Of a stretch of 38,711 bases of DNA, positions 1 to 8,750 are shown piece by piece. A model generated the notes under the pieces. The model had not been told where the DNA came from and ran no database searches. It was given only the letters and a program-made list of their open reading frames with translations. Each line of letters starts with the position of its first letter. Positions within the stretch are counted from its first letter, which is position 1. This stretch comes from a virus (Duplodnaviria > Caudoviricetes), in the IMG/VR virus record IMGVR_UViG_3300035661_004715, positions 1 to 38,711 of that record; one strand, 5' to 3'. The position numbers and the translations under genes were made by a program.

Positions 1-216
1 ATGTCGAGACGACGCTTTCCCCTCCCCTGGTCGGTTCATCACAACGACGATTCCTACTGGGTGCAGGACGCGACCGGGACGCGGTTCGGCTACACGTATT
101 TCAGCGATAGCCAGCTCACCGGCACAGGCGGGAAGATGTCGCGAGACGAGGCGCGGCGGATCGTGACGAACTTTGCGAACGTGCCGGCGCTACTTGCCCG
201 CAAGGGCGTCTCGTAG
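1..216 (+). CDS. Small conserved hypothetical protein (RRFPxPW...RDEARRI type, recalled from Rhizobiales)
   Basis: ORF with RRFPLPWSV, YTYF and SRDEARRIVTNFANVPALL motifs. Confidence 0.7.
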   Translation: MSRRRFPLPWSVHHNDDSYWVQDATGTRFGYTYFSDSQLTGTGGKMSRDEARRIVTNFANVPALLARKGVS

Positions 217-642
217 CATCGCGTTGTACGCCTCGGACGCTTCCTTGTTCCGGTTGTCGCCGGAGTAGTAGCTTTGCTTGCTCTTGAGCTCCGTAAGGGT
301 GCAGCTCGTAAGGAGATAGGTGGCGCGGAAAACGGTGTGGATGCCGGACGGCTCGATGACCCAAAGGTAGTACATGCCGGGGCCATTTCCCGTCCGAACG
401 AACGCTTGGCTGACGATGCGGGTGCCGCTCGTCTCCGCTATGGCTGGGGTGATGGTACTCGGATCAATGGTCGTGCAAACCGTCTTGTCAGTCTGATCTC
501 TGAAGGCGTGAATGAGCCAGCCCCCAGGGCCGATCACGAACTCCATGTTGAAGACTTGGCTCTTCGTCGAAGGTAGGCCCTCAGACAGCGCAGGCGTCCC
601 GAGCGCCAAGCTGAGCACTACCGCCCAAAGCCAAACCTTCAT
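190..642 (-). CDS. Secreted hypothetical protein
   Basis: N-terminal signal peptide MKVWLWAVVLSLALGTPALS; GGAGG upstream. Confidence 0.65.
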   Translation of the reverse strand: MKVWLWAVVLSLALGTPALSEGLPSTKSQVFNMEFVIGPGGWLIHAFRDQTDKTVCTTIDPSTITPAIAETSGTRIVSQAFVRTGNGPGMYYLWVIEPSGIHTVFRATYLLTSCTLTELKSKQSYYSGDNRNKEASEAYNAMLRDALAGK

Positions 643-806
643 AGAAGCCTCCCGTCGCTACGGTGAAGCCTAGAGGAGCCCCACCACCTCGTCGAGGTAT
701 CGCGCAGGCTCAGTGCGTCCGGTAGGATCTGGATGTTCTCCCTATGTGCCGCGCGCGGCGACCTGGGCTATAGTACCGCTCCAATCCGAATCGGCACGGA
801 CGCCGG

Positions 807-1925
807 ATGACCCACTCCAAACGCGACCTGATCAACGCCGGCAAACTGCTGGCGAGCTACATCCCCTACCCGTATTCGGACGAGGCGCTAGACGCGTTCA
901 GGACTGCGCACGGCTGGCGGCTGAGCCATATGGCAGCGATGCGCGCCGTGCGGTCGGAACTTCGTACCCATGCTAATCGGCAATCGCCAGTGGGCGTGAC
1001 CGCCGGTCGCCTGAAGAGAATCGCGTCCATTCGCAAGAAGCTCCGGAGCACGCCGTTGAGCCTCTACGCAATTCAGGACATCGGCGGGTGCCGCGCGATC
1101 GTCGGGAGCATGACGGCGGTAGAGCACCTGACGGAGTTCTATCTCTCTGGCGGGTCCAAGTTCGGGGAGGCGCGCCCCTACGACTACATCGCCGCGCCGA
1201 AGCCGACTGGGTATCGCAGCCGGCACTTCGTCTTTTCGGTGGACCCGACCGATGGCGTGATGCGGCGGCGAATAGAGGTCCAGCTTCGGACGAAGCTCCA
1301 GCACGCTTGGGCGACTGCGGTCGAAGCCGTCGGTCTGGTTCGAGGCGAGGACCTGAAGGGCAACTCGGGTAGCCCGGAATGGCTGCGGCTGTTCGCTATC
1401 ATGGCGTCCGAGCTTGCGCATGAAGAGGGGTGCTCGTTGGTGCCTGGTGTCTCCGAGGATGCCGCTGGCCGGCGGGCCGAACTTGGGGACCTAAATAAGA
1501 AGCTAAAAGCCGTGGCGACCCTCGAAAGCTACAATCAGACCATCAGCAAGATCGCGGATACGCGTACGGCGCGCGGCTCGTCCTTCCTCGTGAGGCTGGA
1601 CCTTGAACGTAAGATCGTCGACGTGCAGAGCAACTACATGTTCGGGAAGACTGCCGCAGCTCTGCTCGATGCGGAAACTTCTTCCTCAGTGATGACCAAC
1701 GCCGTGATCATCGAGGTTGATAGGGTGTCGGATCTGCTGGCCGCGTATCCGAATTACTACCTCGATGTGCATATGTTCACGGAGCGCCTGAAGCTCGTCC
1801 TGGGCGGCAATCCTAAACGGCCTCAACTCGATCAAAGCGGGGTGCCCGACGCCGTAGCGCAGCGGCTCCGGAAGTGGGGAAATCTGGGCGAGTACCTACG
1901 CGTGTATCATCAGCGCAAGCGTTGA
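807..1925 (+). CDS. capRel: RelA/SpoT-domain protein, CapRel-like fused toxSAS-antitoxin
   Basis: Synthetase motifs RLKRIASIRKK, QDIGGCR, DYI..PKPTGYRSRH, EVQLRT..QHAWATAVE; C-terminal AYPNYY (YxxY) motif; 372 aa. Confidence 0.75.
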   Translation: MTHSKRDLINAGKLLASYIPYPYSDEALDAFRTAHGWRLSHMAAMRAVRSELRTHANRQSPVGVTAGRLKRIASIRKKLRSTPLSLYAIQDIGGCRAIVGSMTAVEHLTEFYLSGGSKFGEARPYDYIAAPKPTGYRSRHFVFSVDPTDGVMRRRIEVQLRTKLQHAWATAVEAVGLVRGEDLKGNSGSPEWLRLFAIMASELAHEEGCSLVPGVSEDAAGRRAELGDLNKKLKAVATLESYNQTISKIADTRTARGSSFLVRLDLERKIVDVQSNYMFGKTAAALLDAETSSSVMTNAVIIEVDRVSDLLAAYPNYYLDVHMFTERLKLVLGGNPKRPQLDQSGVPDAVAQRLRKWGNLGEYLRVYHQRKR

Positions 1926-1928
1926 GGG

Positions 1929-2243
1929 TTATGCGGCAAGCGCGCAAATCACGTCGTCCAGACTACGGGCGACGATGTACCGACCCCCTGCCCGCTCAAG
2001 CCGATCGCGAAAGCCCTCTTGGTTCTCATTGAGCCGGCCCCTCGTGTCTTTCACCTCGATGCCGAGTAGCTGGCCAGAGGGAGGCAGGACCGCAAAGATG
2101 TCGGGAGAGCCTGGTGAGCCGTAACGTATAAAACTGCCGTGTTCGGATTTGAAAGCGCCTGTGTTGTTCCGCCAGTGGAACACGCGCTTGAGAACGAGGT
2201 AGTTGAGAATGGCGGCTTGGGTTGCCTTCTCGGTCGAGATCAT
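1929..2243 (-). CDS. VRR-NUC domain nuclease
   Basis: E..TQ, GSPDI, IEVK, Q..F and GG.Y.VARS motifs. Confidence 0.85.
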   Translation of the reverse strand: MISTEKATQAAILNYLVLKRVFHWRNNTGAFKSEHGSFIRYGSPGSPDIFAVLPPSGQLLGIEVKDTRGRLNENQEGFRDRLERAGGRYIVARSLDDVICALAA

Positions 2244-2542
2244 CCCGGGCGCGGCGTTAGCTCATGCCGCAGCCCGGCCCCGAACTTCCGGTATTTATCG
2301 CACTGCTTGTAAACGGCATGGAGATCGTCAGTCGGGATGCCTTCGAGCATCTTCGCTACCCGTCCGATGGATACCTTGGCGTACCCGTCTGCGACGTTGC
2401 CGGCATTGAGCCTGGCCTGGAATGCTTCGAGCATTTCATCGCGTGCATTGCGAGGCTTACCGGCTTGGGAACGCCGCTCCTGAATTATTGCGAGCGCGCC
2501 GGATAAATCCAGTTCTCTCGTTCTTTCTCCTACTAGTTCCAT
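2240..2542 (-). CDS. Hypothetical phage protein
   Basis: 100-aa ORF; ATGA overlap with the VRR-NUC gene; TGnTAAAAT 9 nt upstream of the ATG. Confidence 0.65.
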   Translation of the reverse strand: MELVGERTRELDLSGALAIIQERRSQAGKPRNARDEMLEAFQARLNAGNVADGYAKVSIGRVAKMLEGIPTDDLHAVYKQCDKYRKFGAGLRHELTPRPG

Positions 2543-2559
2543 ACTCAGTGTATTTTATC

Positions 2560-2905
2560 ATCCTCAGCAATCTGAGATTTTCTTGTTAGATTTCTGGTCG
2601 CGCCCCCCTCCCCCAAATCCGTGAGGATTTCAGTTTGGAAGACGCGGACTTTCTCGTTGAGTTTCTGCCCTGTTGTTCGGCTTGGGCAGCCCGCGCTGGA
2701 ACCGGTGTATTTATGTCCCCCGGTTATACCCCCCAGGACACGGAAAAAGCCGCTACGCTTTCGCGCTGCGGCTCGTTCCGGCAATCCAATGCAAGCAAAT
2801 AGTATCATCCCCCAAGGAAGACACAAACTCTTTGCAGTGGACATTGGATCGCATGCGCACACCCTACCATGATCCACGCTGAAACTTGAAAGCCGTAGGT
2901 GTGGA
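2560..2905 (-). ncRNA. Candidate structured RNA or leader of about 340 nt
   Basis: Consecutive stems (2614-2640, 2644-2694, 2741-2780 with a GAAA loop, 2784-2849); A-C mismatches on + read as G-U on the minus strand. Confidence 0.45.
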
Positions 2906-2908
2906 CAA

Positions 2909-3070
2909 CTACACGCCAAGCACCATATCCATGGTCGTAATGAACGTGCGGCGAGTAAGCTTCGCTTCCTTGGCGATTATGTCGTACGCTCCGCGACTGA
3001 TACGCACATTGATGGCTTCGACCTTCGGGGCGGGAGCCGACTTCCCTTTCTTCGTCTTGGTTGGTTTCAT
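2909..3070 (-). CDS. 53-aa ribbon-helix-helix (Arc/MetJ-like) regulator, not in the ORF track
   Basis: Hand translation MKPTKTKKGKSAPAPKVEAINVRISRGAYDIIAKEAKLTRRTFITTMDMVLGV; alternating beta-ribbon INVRI followed by two helices. Confidence 0.65.
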   Translation of the reverse strand: MKPTKTKKGKSAPAPKVEAINVRISRGAYDIIAKEAKLTRRTFITTMDMVLGV

Positions 3071-3153
3071 ACGGGCATTGTACTAGCTAGGCGAATTGCG
3101 CGCGGGTAGTTATCCACACCCATTTGAGTACGGGTATATGCCCGTGCTATACT
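3071..3153. promoter_or_regulatory. Divergent promoters with operator half-sites and a DnaA box
   Basis: Minus-strand TACAAT at 3077-3082; plus-strand TTGAGT-18-TATACT at 3124-3153; ACGGGYAT half-sites at 3071, 3130 and 3138 (reverse); TTATCCACA at 3110-3118. Confidence 0.65.
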
Positions 3154-3239
3154 CGTATGAGGTAGGACGACTTAGTTCCTACGCTTGCTCTTCCTTCTCC
3201 CTGCGTTCGCAAGCGCGTGGGGAAGGCAGAAAACTTACT

Positions 3240-3332
3240 ATGACTACAAAGGACAAACTGGGCGAGATAGCGAAGTTCGCGGGCGTGTTCGCGATTATCG
3301 GATTGTTCGTTCTAATCCTCGCCGCTGCATGA
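3240..3332 (+). CDS. Small single-TM peptide (30 aa)
   Basis: MTTKDKLGEIAKFAGVFAIIGLFVLILAAA; ATGA coupling to the next gene. Confidence 0.5.
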   Translation: MTTKDKLGEIAKFAGVFAIIGLFVLILAAA

Positions 3333-3490
3333 GCCGGAAACATAAGCGCCGGAAGCTCCTCGTAGAGACAGAGCCGATCGCACCGCGCAAAGCCAGCCAA
3401 TGCCGCGATCGAGGAGCTCACTGGCAGCGAATCCTAATCTTCGGCGAGTGCGGCATGTGCGGCAAGGAACTAGCACCCTTTACCGTATGA
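3329..3490 (+). CDS. Small Cys/His zinc-binding protein
   Basis: C..H..CxxC pattern; ATGA overlaps at both ends. Confidence 0.55.
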   Translation: MSRKHKRRKLLVETEPIAPRKASQCRDRGAHWQRILIFGECGMCGKELAPFTV

Positions 3491-3759
3491 CCATCCTCCG
3501 CATCCCGACAGCCGACCCCTACGCCTACATCGAAGTGCAGTTCGACGGCACGCCGGATGAAGCGTTCGATGAGTACAAGCGGCTCACCGCGCTCGTGAAG
3601 GGCGGAGCCGGCCTTGAACGGAAGGACTTTATCGCAATCCTCGATGACTACCTGAAGACAGGACAGATGACGGGCGATCCCGGTATCCTCTCCGAAATGT
3701 CGGATGATCAGCAGCTAGTTATCAGTGAGATTAGAAAGAGCTTCGGCCGTAACAAATAA
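3487..3759 (+). CDS. Hypothetical phage protein
   Basis: Start re-called at MTILRIP through the ATGA overlap; 90 aa. Confidence 0.65.
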   Translation: MTILRIPTADPYAYIEVQFDGTPDEAFDEYKRLTALVKGGAGLERKDFIAILDDYLKTGQMTGDPGILSEMSDDQQLVISEIRKSFGRNK

Positions 3760-3763
3760 TTCT

Positions 3764-4228
3764 ATGGAGTATCAGAAAAGTTCGTCAGGCATCGCGGGCG
3801 ACTGGGTAAAGGGCGAGAAGCTTACTACGGGCACGAAGGCGAAGTTGCTCACTGCCGCCGAACGCCGCGAGTCCATGTTCAAGGACAAGGATGGCGGGGT
3901 GAAGATGCAGGACGTTGCCAAGATCAAGTTCCAGGGCGACGACACGCAGTACAATATCGCGCTCAATCGAGGAACCATCGACGCTCTCATCGACGCATAC
4001 GGCAACAAGAGCGAGGAATGGGTCGGCAAGGTGCTCACGGTTCACATCGAACAGATGAACGTGGGCGGCCGGCGCGTGAAGGCTGTCTACCTGCTGCCTG
4101 ACGGCTTCCAGGTTGCGGAGGACGCGAACGGCTACATGATCGTGCAGCGCATCCCGTACACGGATGCAGAAGGGCCGGTCATCGACTATCCGGCTGACGA
4201 CATCAAGCCGGAGGATATTCCCTTCTAG
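3764..4228 (+). CDS. Putative single-stranded DNA-binding protein
   Basis: Beta-rich 154-aa body ending in the acidic SSB-type tail DDIKPEDIPF. Confidence 0.65.
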   Translation: MEYQKSSSGIAGDWVKGEKLTTGTKAKLLTAAERRESMFKDKDGGVKMQDVAKIKFQGDDTQYNIALNRGTIDALIDAYGNKSEEWVGKVLTVHIEQMNVGGRRVKAVYLLPDGFQVAEDANGYMIVQRIPYTDAEGPVIDYPADDIKPEDIPF

Positions 4229-4231
4229 CGT

Positions 4232-4414
4232 ATGCCCCATCTACGAACGATTGAAACGACAGGCGGGAACTTAGTCAAAGATGTGAAGCGGCTCTATTGC
4301 CTATCATGTCTTGGTGCTGGGGAGCTTATGCAAACCGCCTGGGATAGCGATAGCATGCAGTACATCCCTGACCGATCCGCCACTTGTCCTGATTGCGACG
4401 GCTTCGGCTACTGA
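4232..4414 (+). CDS. Zinc-finger protein (CxxCxGxG twice)
   Basis: CLSCLGAG and CPDCDGFG. Confidence 0.6.
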   Translation: MPHLRTIETTGGNLVKDVKRLYCLSCLGAGELMQTAWDSDSMQYIPDRSATCPDCDGFGY

Positions 4415-4417
4415 ACT

Positions 4418-4702
4418 ATGCCGAAAATGTCTCAGGCCAAGCGCTTGCATGAACTACTGAAGGATGGCCGTCCTCATTCCACCGTCGAGATTATGGAGCG
4501 CGTATACGGCGGCTCTCACCTGGGCATCGCGCGGATTGGCGCACGCATCCACGATCTGCGTTCCAAGGGCCTGAGCATCGAAGGCCGGAAGGACGCGGAT
4601 AACCCCGCGATCTATTGGTACACGATGACCGTGAAACCGAAGCCGCGCGTCGAGTTCATCATGCGCGACGGTGTGCGGTACGCCCGAATAATCCCAGGCT
4701 GA
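4418..4702 (+). CDS. Winged helix-turn-helix protein
   Basis: LLKDGRPHST.E and ARIHDLRSKGLSIE pattern. Confidence 0.7.
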   Translation: MPKMSQAKRLHELLKDGRPHSTVEIMERVYGGSHLGIARIGARIHDLRSKGLSIEGRKDADNPAIYWYTMTVKPKPRVEFIMRDGVRYARIIPG

Positions 4703-4717
4703 ACCGCCCCCAACGTG

Positions 4718-4752
4718 CGACAAAGCCCCCGCCTAGCACGGGGGCTTTGTCG
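4718..4752. terminator. Bidirectional intrinsic terminator
   Basis: CGACAAAGCCCCCG/CGGGGGCTTTGTCG stem between convergent operons. Confidence 0.75.
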
Positions 4753-4763
4753 TTCTGATCGAG

Positions 4764-4946
4764 CTAGTTGGTAGCGCCCGCGCGGACCGCCGTGCTGGTG
4801 TGTGTGATGATAGCGAGCATGGCGAGGAGAGCGGTGATGATGTCCTGGTATTGCACCGGGACGAACGGAACGACGGCGTTCAATACGGCCATCGCGATGA
4901 TCGCGAGCTGAAGCAGGTTGGTCTTCGATTTGAGTGGGTTGTACAT
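4764..4946 (-). CDS. Putative holin (2 TM)
   Basis: 60 aa, two hydrophobic helices, N-terminal KSKT, next to the endolysin. Confidence 0.6.
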   Translation of the reverse strand: MYNPLKSKTNLLQLAIIAMAVLNAVVPFVPVQYQDIITALLAMLAIITHTSTAVRAGATN

Positions 4947-4998
4947 AGGTAAATTGTAGCAGCGAGACGGTGTCGCCTCGTGCGGTGACGTGGATAAG

Positions 4999-5772
4999 CT
5001 ACTTCGGCCGATAGCGGCCTCGGAGAATGTCGAGGATGAGGGTCAGGATCGGCCCGGTGTTCCAAGCCTTCGCCGTTTTCACCGCCTGGTCGTAGGGAAC
5101 GGTGGCGTCGACGACGGTCATTTCCGGCGGGAGCACGGGGTCCTGGGGTGCCTCTGGGGCCTTCACGGCGAGCCTCTCCGTCGAGAACTTCGCCAGCGAG
5201 ACGCACCCGTTGTAGCCGTTGTTGTAGCCGGGGATGCCGTAGAAATAGCCCGCGCGGTCTACGAATTTCGAACCATCAGCGAGCGTGACGTAACGGTCGT
5301 ATTTGTTCGAGAACTGCGTCTTGGCGAGGATGCGGATTTGCGGACCGTGAAGGTGCGCGCCGGCATGGCTCCCTGCCCGCTTCTCTGCCTCGGTCACAAG
5401 ATGCTGGCCGACGTAGCAGGCCCCGGTGTTCCCGACCTTCCCGATGATGTCGCCCACCTGGTAGGTCTTCCCTACCTCGGCCGAAGCCTCCGAGAGGTGG
5501 CCGTATGAAACCTCGTAAACGCCGGTCTGCGTCTCCACGATGAAGAACGCTGCCCGGTAGTCCATGAGCACCGGATCGTCGACATGCATGAGCGAGTAGC
5601 AGTAGGCGTTCGCCACGCAGTTCGGGATCTCCGTGCCCCACGGGACGCCCCAGTCATAGGCCGTGTGCCCCTGAAGGCCCTGTGAGGCGTAGAGCGGATT
5701 GGCGTTGGCCCCGAACCGCTGGGCGATCGTAGCTTTCGGGTAAGGCAGATAGACGGCTAGAGTTTTTTCCAT
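4999..5772 (-). CDS. M23 family metallopeptidase (endolysin)
   Basis: HTAYD (HxxxD), YGHL, IIGKVGNTG and HLH motifs. Confidence 0.85.
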   Translation of the reverse strand: MEKTLAVYLPYPKATIAQRFGANANPLYASQGLQGHTAYDWGVPWGTEIPNCVANAYCYSLMHVDDPVLMDYRAAFFIVETQTGVYEVSYGHLSEASAEVGKTYQVGDIIGKVGNTGACYVGQHLVTEAEKRAGSHAGAHLHGPQIRILAKTQFSNKYDRYVTLADGSKFVDRAGYFYGIPGYNNGYNGCVSLAKFSTERLAVKAPEAPQDPVLPPEMTVVDATVPYDQAVKTAKAWNTGPILTLILDILRGRYRPK

Positions 5773-5773
5773 A

Positions 5774-6136
5774 TTAGGGGAGGATTACGAGCTTCAAAAT
5801 TGCGACAATGACCGCGCCGACGACGATCCTGACGATCCACTTGTTGCCGTCCTTGATGTCGGCCACGTCGGAGTGGATCTGTTTGATGTCCTGACAGATT
5901 AGCGGGATGCGGCGGACAAGGATCGTCATCTGGTCCGGATCGCGCTTCTCGTCGCCCTCGCCAAACACCTCTTTCAGGCCCTCTATAAGGGCCTCCTTGG
6001 TCTGTTCGGCGGTCTTCTTGATGGCCTCGGCTAGCTGCACCTCACGGGCGATTTCAACGGCCATCTGAGCGCTCTTAGCCTTATGGGCGGCGTGCTCTGA
6101 GGCTTCGTCCGAAGTAAGGTTCGGGTCGTGCTCCAT
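5774..6136 (-). CDS. Coiled-coil protein with C-terminal TM (XhlA/holin-like)
   Basis: Start re-called at MEHDPN; coiled coil followed by WIVRIVVGAVIVAILKLVILP. Confidence 0.6.
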   Translation of the reverse strand: MEHDPNLTSDEASEHAAHKAKSAQMAVEIAREVQLAEAIKKTAEQTKEALIEGLKEVFGEGDEKRDPDQMTILVRRIPLICQDIKQIHSDVADIKDGNKWIVRIVVGAVIVAILKLVILP

Positions 6137-6137
6137 A

Positions 6138-8735
6138 CTATTTGCAGGTGTTGGTCGAGACCGTGAAGGCCCCCGCGACGATAGAGACATACTGAGGCGC
6201 GCCTAGCACGTCGTAGAGGAGGAGGCAGGAGCCCTTGTTCTGGCCAGCCTTGCCGACCTCAAGCGTGCTAGTCGCGTTAGCGGTGGTCGTTGCCACCTGG
6301 AGCTCGGCGGTTGGCGTGGTCGTGCCGATGCCGAGTCGTCCGGTGCTCAAAAACCGCGCCGTTTCCACACCACCTGCTGGCTGAAGGTCGATATGTCCGC
6401 CTGTCGTCTGGGCTGCGTTGCTCGTGCCTTGCAGGATCATAAATGCCGTCGAGGCGGTTCCCCCACGATAGGCCGCTGCGGTAGGCGTAACGAGCGCCGG
6501 AGAGCTCGACAGGACGATATTGCCGGTGCCCGTCACGCCGGTCGAGACGACACCCTTAAAGACGACGTTCCCAGCATTGTTTACTCCAAGCGATGTCTGT
6601 GTGGATGAACCCACCGCGAAGGCGTAGTTGGCATTTAGTTGTGTGTCGGCGCCTACCGAAAGTAGGGCCGTTGGAGTCGTGGTACCTATACCAACGAGGC
6701 CGCTACCGAGAATGGTCATCGCGGTCGAGGTCGCGTTCTGTGCGGTGCCGGTTAGACCAGCCGGTGCAGTCTGGAAGAGTATCGAACCGCCGACGCCCGT
6801 GCCCGTGCCCCTTGAACCAGTGATAGCGAAGTTCGCTCCTGAGCCGTTGGTAGTTCCCGTAAGCACATCCTGAACCTTGATAGTCTGAGCTATAGGAGTT
6901 GCAGAATCTGCCGCACCTAGGCGGAGCATCGCCGCACCATCACGACGTAGGAATAGATCATCTACGCTGCCTCGGAGTGCGATGGTGCTATTTCCACTGT
7001 AGTTAAGGATAGACACCGGATCGCCCAAACCCGAAGTAAGTATCAACGCGTTCGCGGTAGTCAGCTTAATAGCGAACGTCTGGCTGAACGTAGTACCACC
7101 GTTAGACGGGTTGATTGTGAGGCCAGCAATTTTTACGTTGCCGTTCTCGATGTCGAGAGGAGCCGTTGGCGTCAGGGTTCCAATACCTACGTTCCCGGCG
7201 TTGGTCACTACCACGCTGGTTGCTGACGAAGATCCTATGACGAACTGGGGCGTCGCGCCTAAAGTCGCGGTGGGGTTTATGGAAAGGAGGCCGTATGGAG
7301 ACGTTGTGCCGAGACCGAGACGGCCACTTTGAGTGATGCGCATCGTCTCGTTCGCAGCCGCAGTACCTCCGTTGAGGAAGTTCGTATAGCCCAGCCCTGA
7401 CGCAGTGGAAGTCGACGTGACAATGGATGTTGGACCCATCGAGTTCTGAATAAGGAACAAATACGGGACCGCGATAGCTGCGCCGAACGAGCTATCGGCG
7501 TAGGTACTTGAGTTAAGGAACATTCCGGCGAAGTTCGTGACGTTGCTATCGGCTTTGTCGTTGTAGAGATTGTAGCCAGAGTACGCGGCGGTGCCGTTGC
7601 TGGTGTTTCCGGTGTAGTAGCCCACACCCGCCGTGGTGTTATCGGTTCCCCAGAGGTCAATACAAGACTGCGAGACGCAGGAGAACGTAGGTGCCGCGCT
7701 GCCAAAATGGTAGTAATTGCCGTAGTGGTCTTCACGGCCCGTGACTGCGAATGCAGACATTGGCGACGAAGTGCCTACGCCAACTCGGCCAGCGTTGGTA
7801 ACAACGAAATTCGTGGCAGACGAGGAACCGATCGCGAAAGCGGGCGTAGCACCTGTGCCAGCCACTGGATTAACCGATAGCAACGCCCACGGTGACGACG
7901 AGGCAATCCCGGCATTTCCATTGCTATCGATAGTGAGGCGGCTCGTGGTCGCTAGTGCGTCGGTCAGCGTGTTGATGTTGAACACCCCACGCGAGAAGCC
8001 GAACGAACCATAGTGCTGGTTCGGGATGGCGGCGGCGTCTTCAAAGAGAAGTTGATTAGTTGTGCCAGTGTTCGTGAGCGTGAGAAGTCGTTGAGGAGAC
8101 GAGGTTCCGATACCCAAATACGAGCCGTTGTAGGTAAGACCAGAATTGCCGGCGAACGCTCCGCCCGCGTTGTACTGCACCGTGGAAGACGCACCGCCTG
8201 GTGTACCGCCCCCTGCCGTGGAGTTGACCACGTAGGGACTTCCCGACGTGCCCGATCCGGTCAGGCTGACATTGGTGCCTGCGGTGACCAGGCCGGTGAT
8301 GTTGCCGAGCTTGGCCGCGATGTTCGCGTCGAGCTTTTGGATAGCGGTTAGGATGGTGTCTGAGGGGCTAAGCGAGCCTGCTCCCGAGACGAACCCTGCC
8401 AAGGTGGCCGCCAAAGCGCGGGCATTCGTGAAATAGAGGTTGTTGAGTTCCGTCACCATCGCTGACGTGTAGTCACCAGCCTGGGCGGCCACGGCACCGG
8501 TACGAGAGAAGACTGACGAAACGCCCCCTGCCGCGAGGCCAAGCGAAGAGGTGGCGGTCAGCGTGTACGTGCCGGCTGCGTTCCCCACGAGCACTTTGCC
8601 GTACGTCGGTGCTGTGGAGGTGCCGGTACCGCCGCGTGACGGCGGCAGCACTTGGCCGTGGGCGGTGCCAGCAGCAAAGAAAGCTCCCAAGCCGACGAGA
8701 ACCGCGATCAGCCCACGCGAGAGGATTGATTTCAT
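6138..8735 (-). CDS. Fibre/adhesin-like beta-repeat protein with N-terminal signal peptide
   Basis: Repeated G(I/V/L)GTxxP units; VSSVFSRTGAV motif; signal peptide ending TAHG-Q; two C-terminal Cys. Confidence 0.75.
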   Translation of the reverse strand: MKSILSRGLIAVLVGLGAFFAAGTAHGQVLPPSRGGTGTSTAPTYGKVLVGNAAGTYTLTATSSLGLAAGGVSSVFSRTGAVAAQAGDYTSAMVTELNNLYFTNARALAATLAGFVSGAGSLSPSDTILTAIQKLDANIAAKLGNITGLVTAGTNVSLTGSGTSGSPYVVNSTAGGGTPGGASSTVQYNAGGAFAGNSGLTYNGSYLGIGTSSPQRLLTLTNTGTTNQLLFEDAAAIPNQHYGSFGFSRGVFNINTLTDALATTSRLTIDSNGNAGIASSSPWALLSVNPVAGTGATPAFAIGSSSATNFVVTNAGRVGVGTSSPMSAFAVTGREDHYGNYYHFGSAAPTFSCVSQSCIDLWGTDNTTAGVGYYTGNTSNGTAAYSGYNLYNDKADSNVTNFAGMFLNSSTYADSSFGAAIAVPYLFLIQNSMGPTSIVTSTSTASGLGYTNFLNGGTAAANETMRITQSGRLGLGTTSPYGLLSINPTATLGATPQFVIGSSSATSVVVTNAGNVGIGTLTPTAPLDIENGNVKIAGLTINPSNGGTTFSQTFAIKLTTANALILTSGLGDPVSILNYSGNSTIALRGSVDDLFLRRDGAAMLRLGAADSATPIAQTIKVQDVLTGTTNGSGANFAITGSRGTGTGVGGSILFQTAPAGLTGTAQNATSTAMTILGSGLVGIGTTTPTALLSVGADTQLNANYAFAVGSSTQTSLGVNNAGNVVFKGVVSTGVTGTGNIVLSSSPALVTPTAAAYRGGTASTAFMILQGTSNAAQTTGGHIDLQPAGGVETARFLSTGRLGIGTTTPTAELQVATTTANATSTLEVGKAGQNKGSCLLLYDVLGAPQYVSIVAGAFTVSTNTCK

Positions 8736-8750
8736 TATGTAAAGTATAGC

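Noticed and set aside
2545-2919. 124-aa minus-strand ORF and overlapping plus-strand ORFs
   Set aside because: No protein-like features or good start context; dense pairing fits a structured non-coding region better
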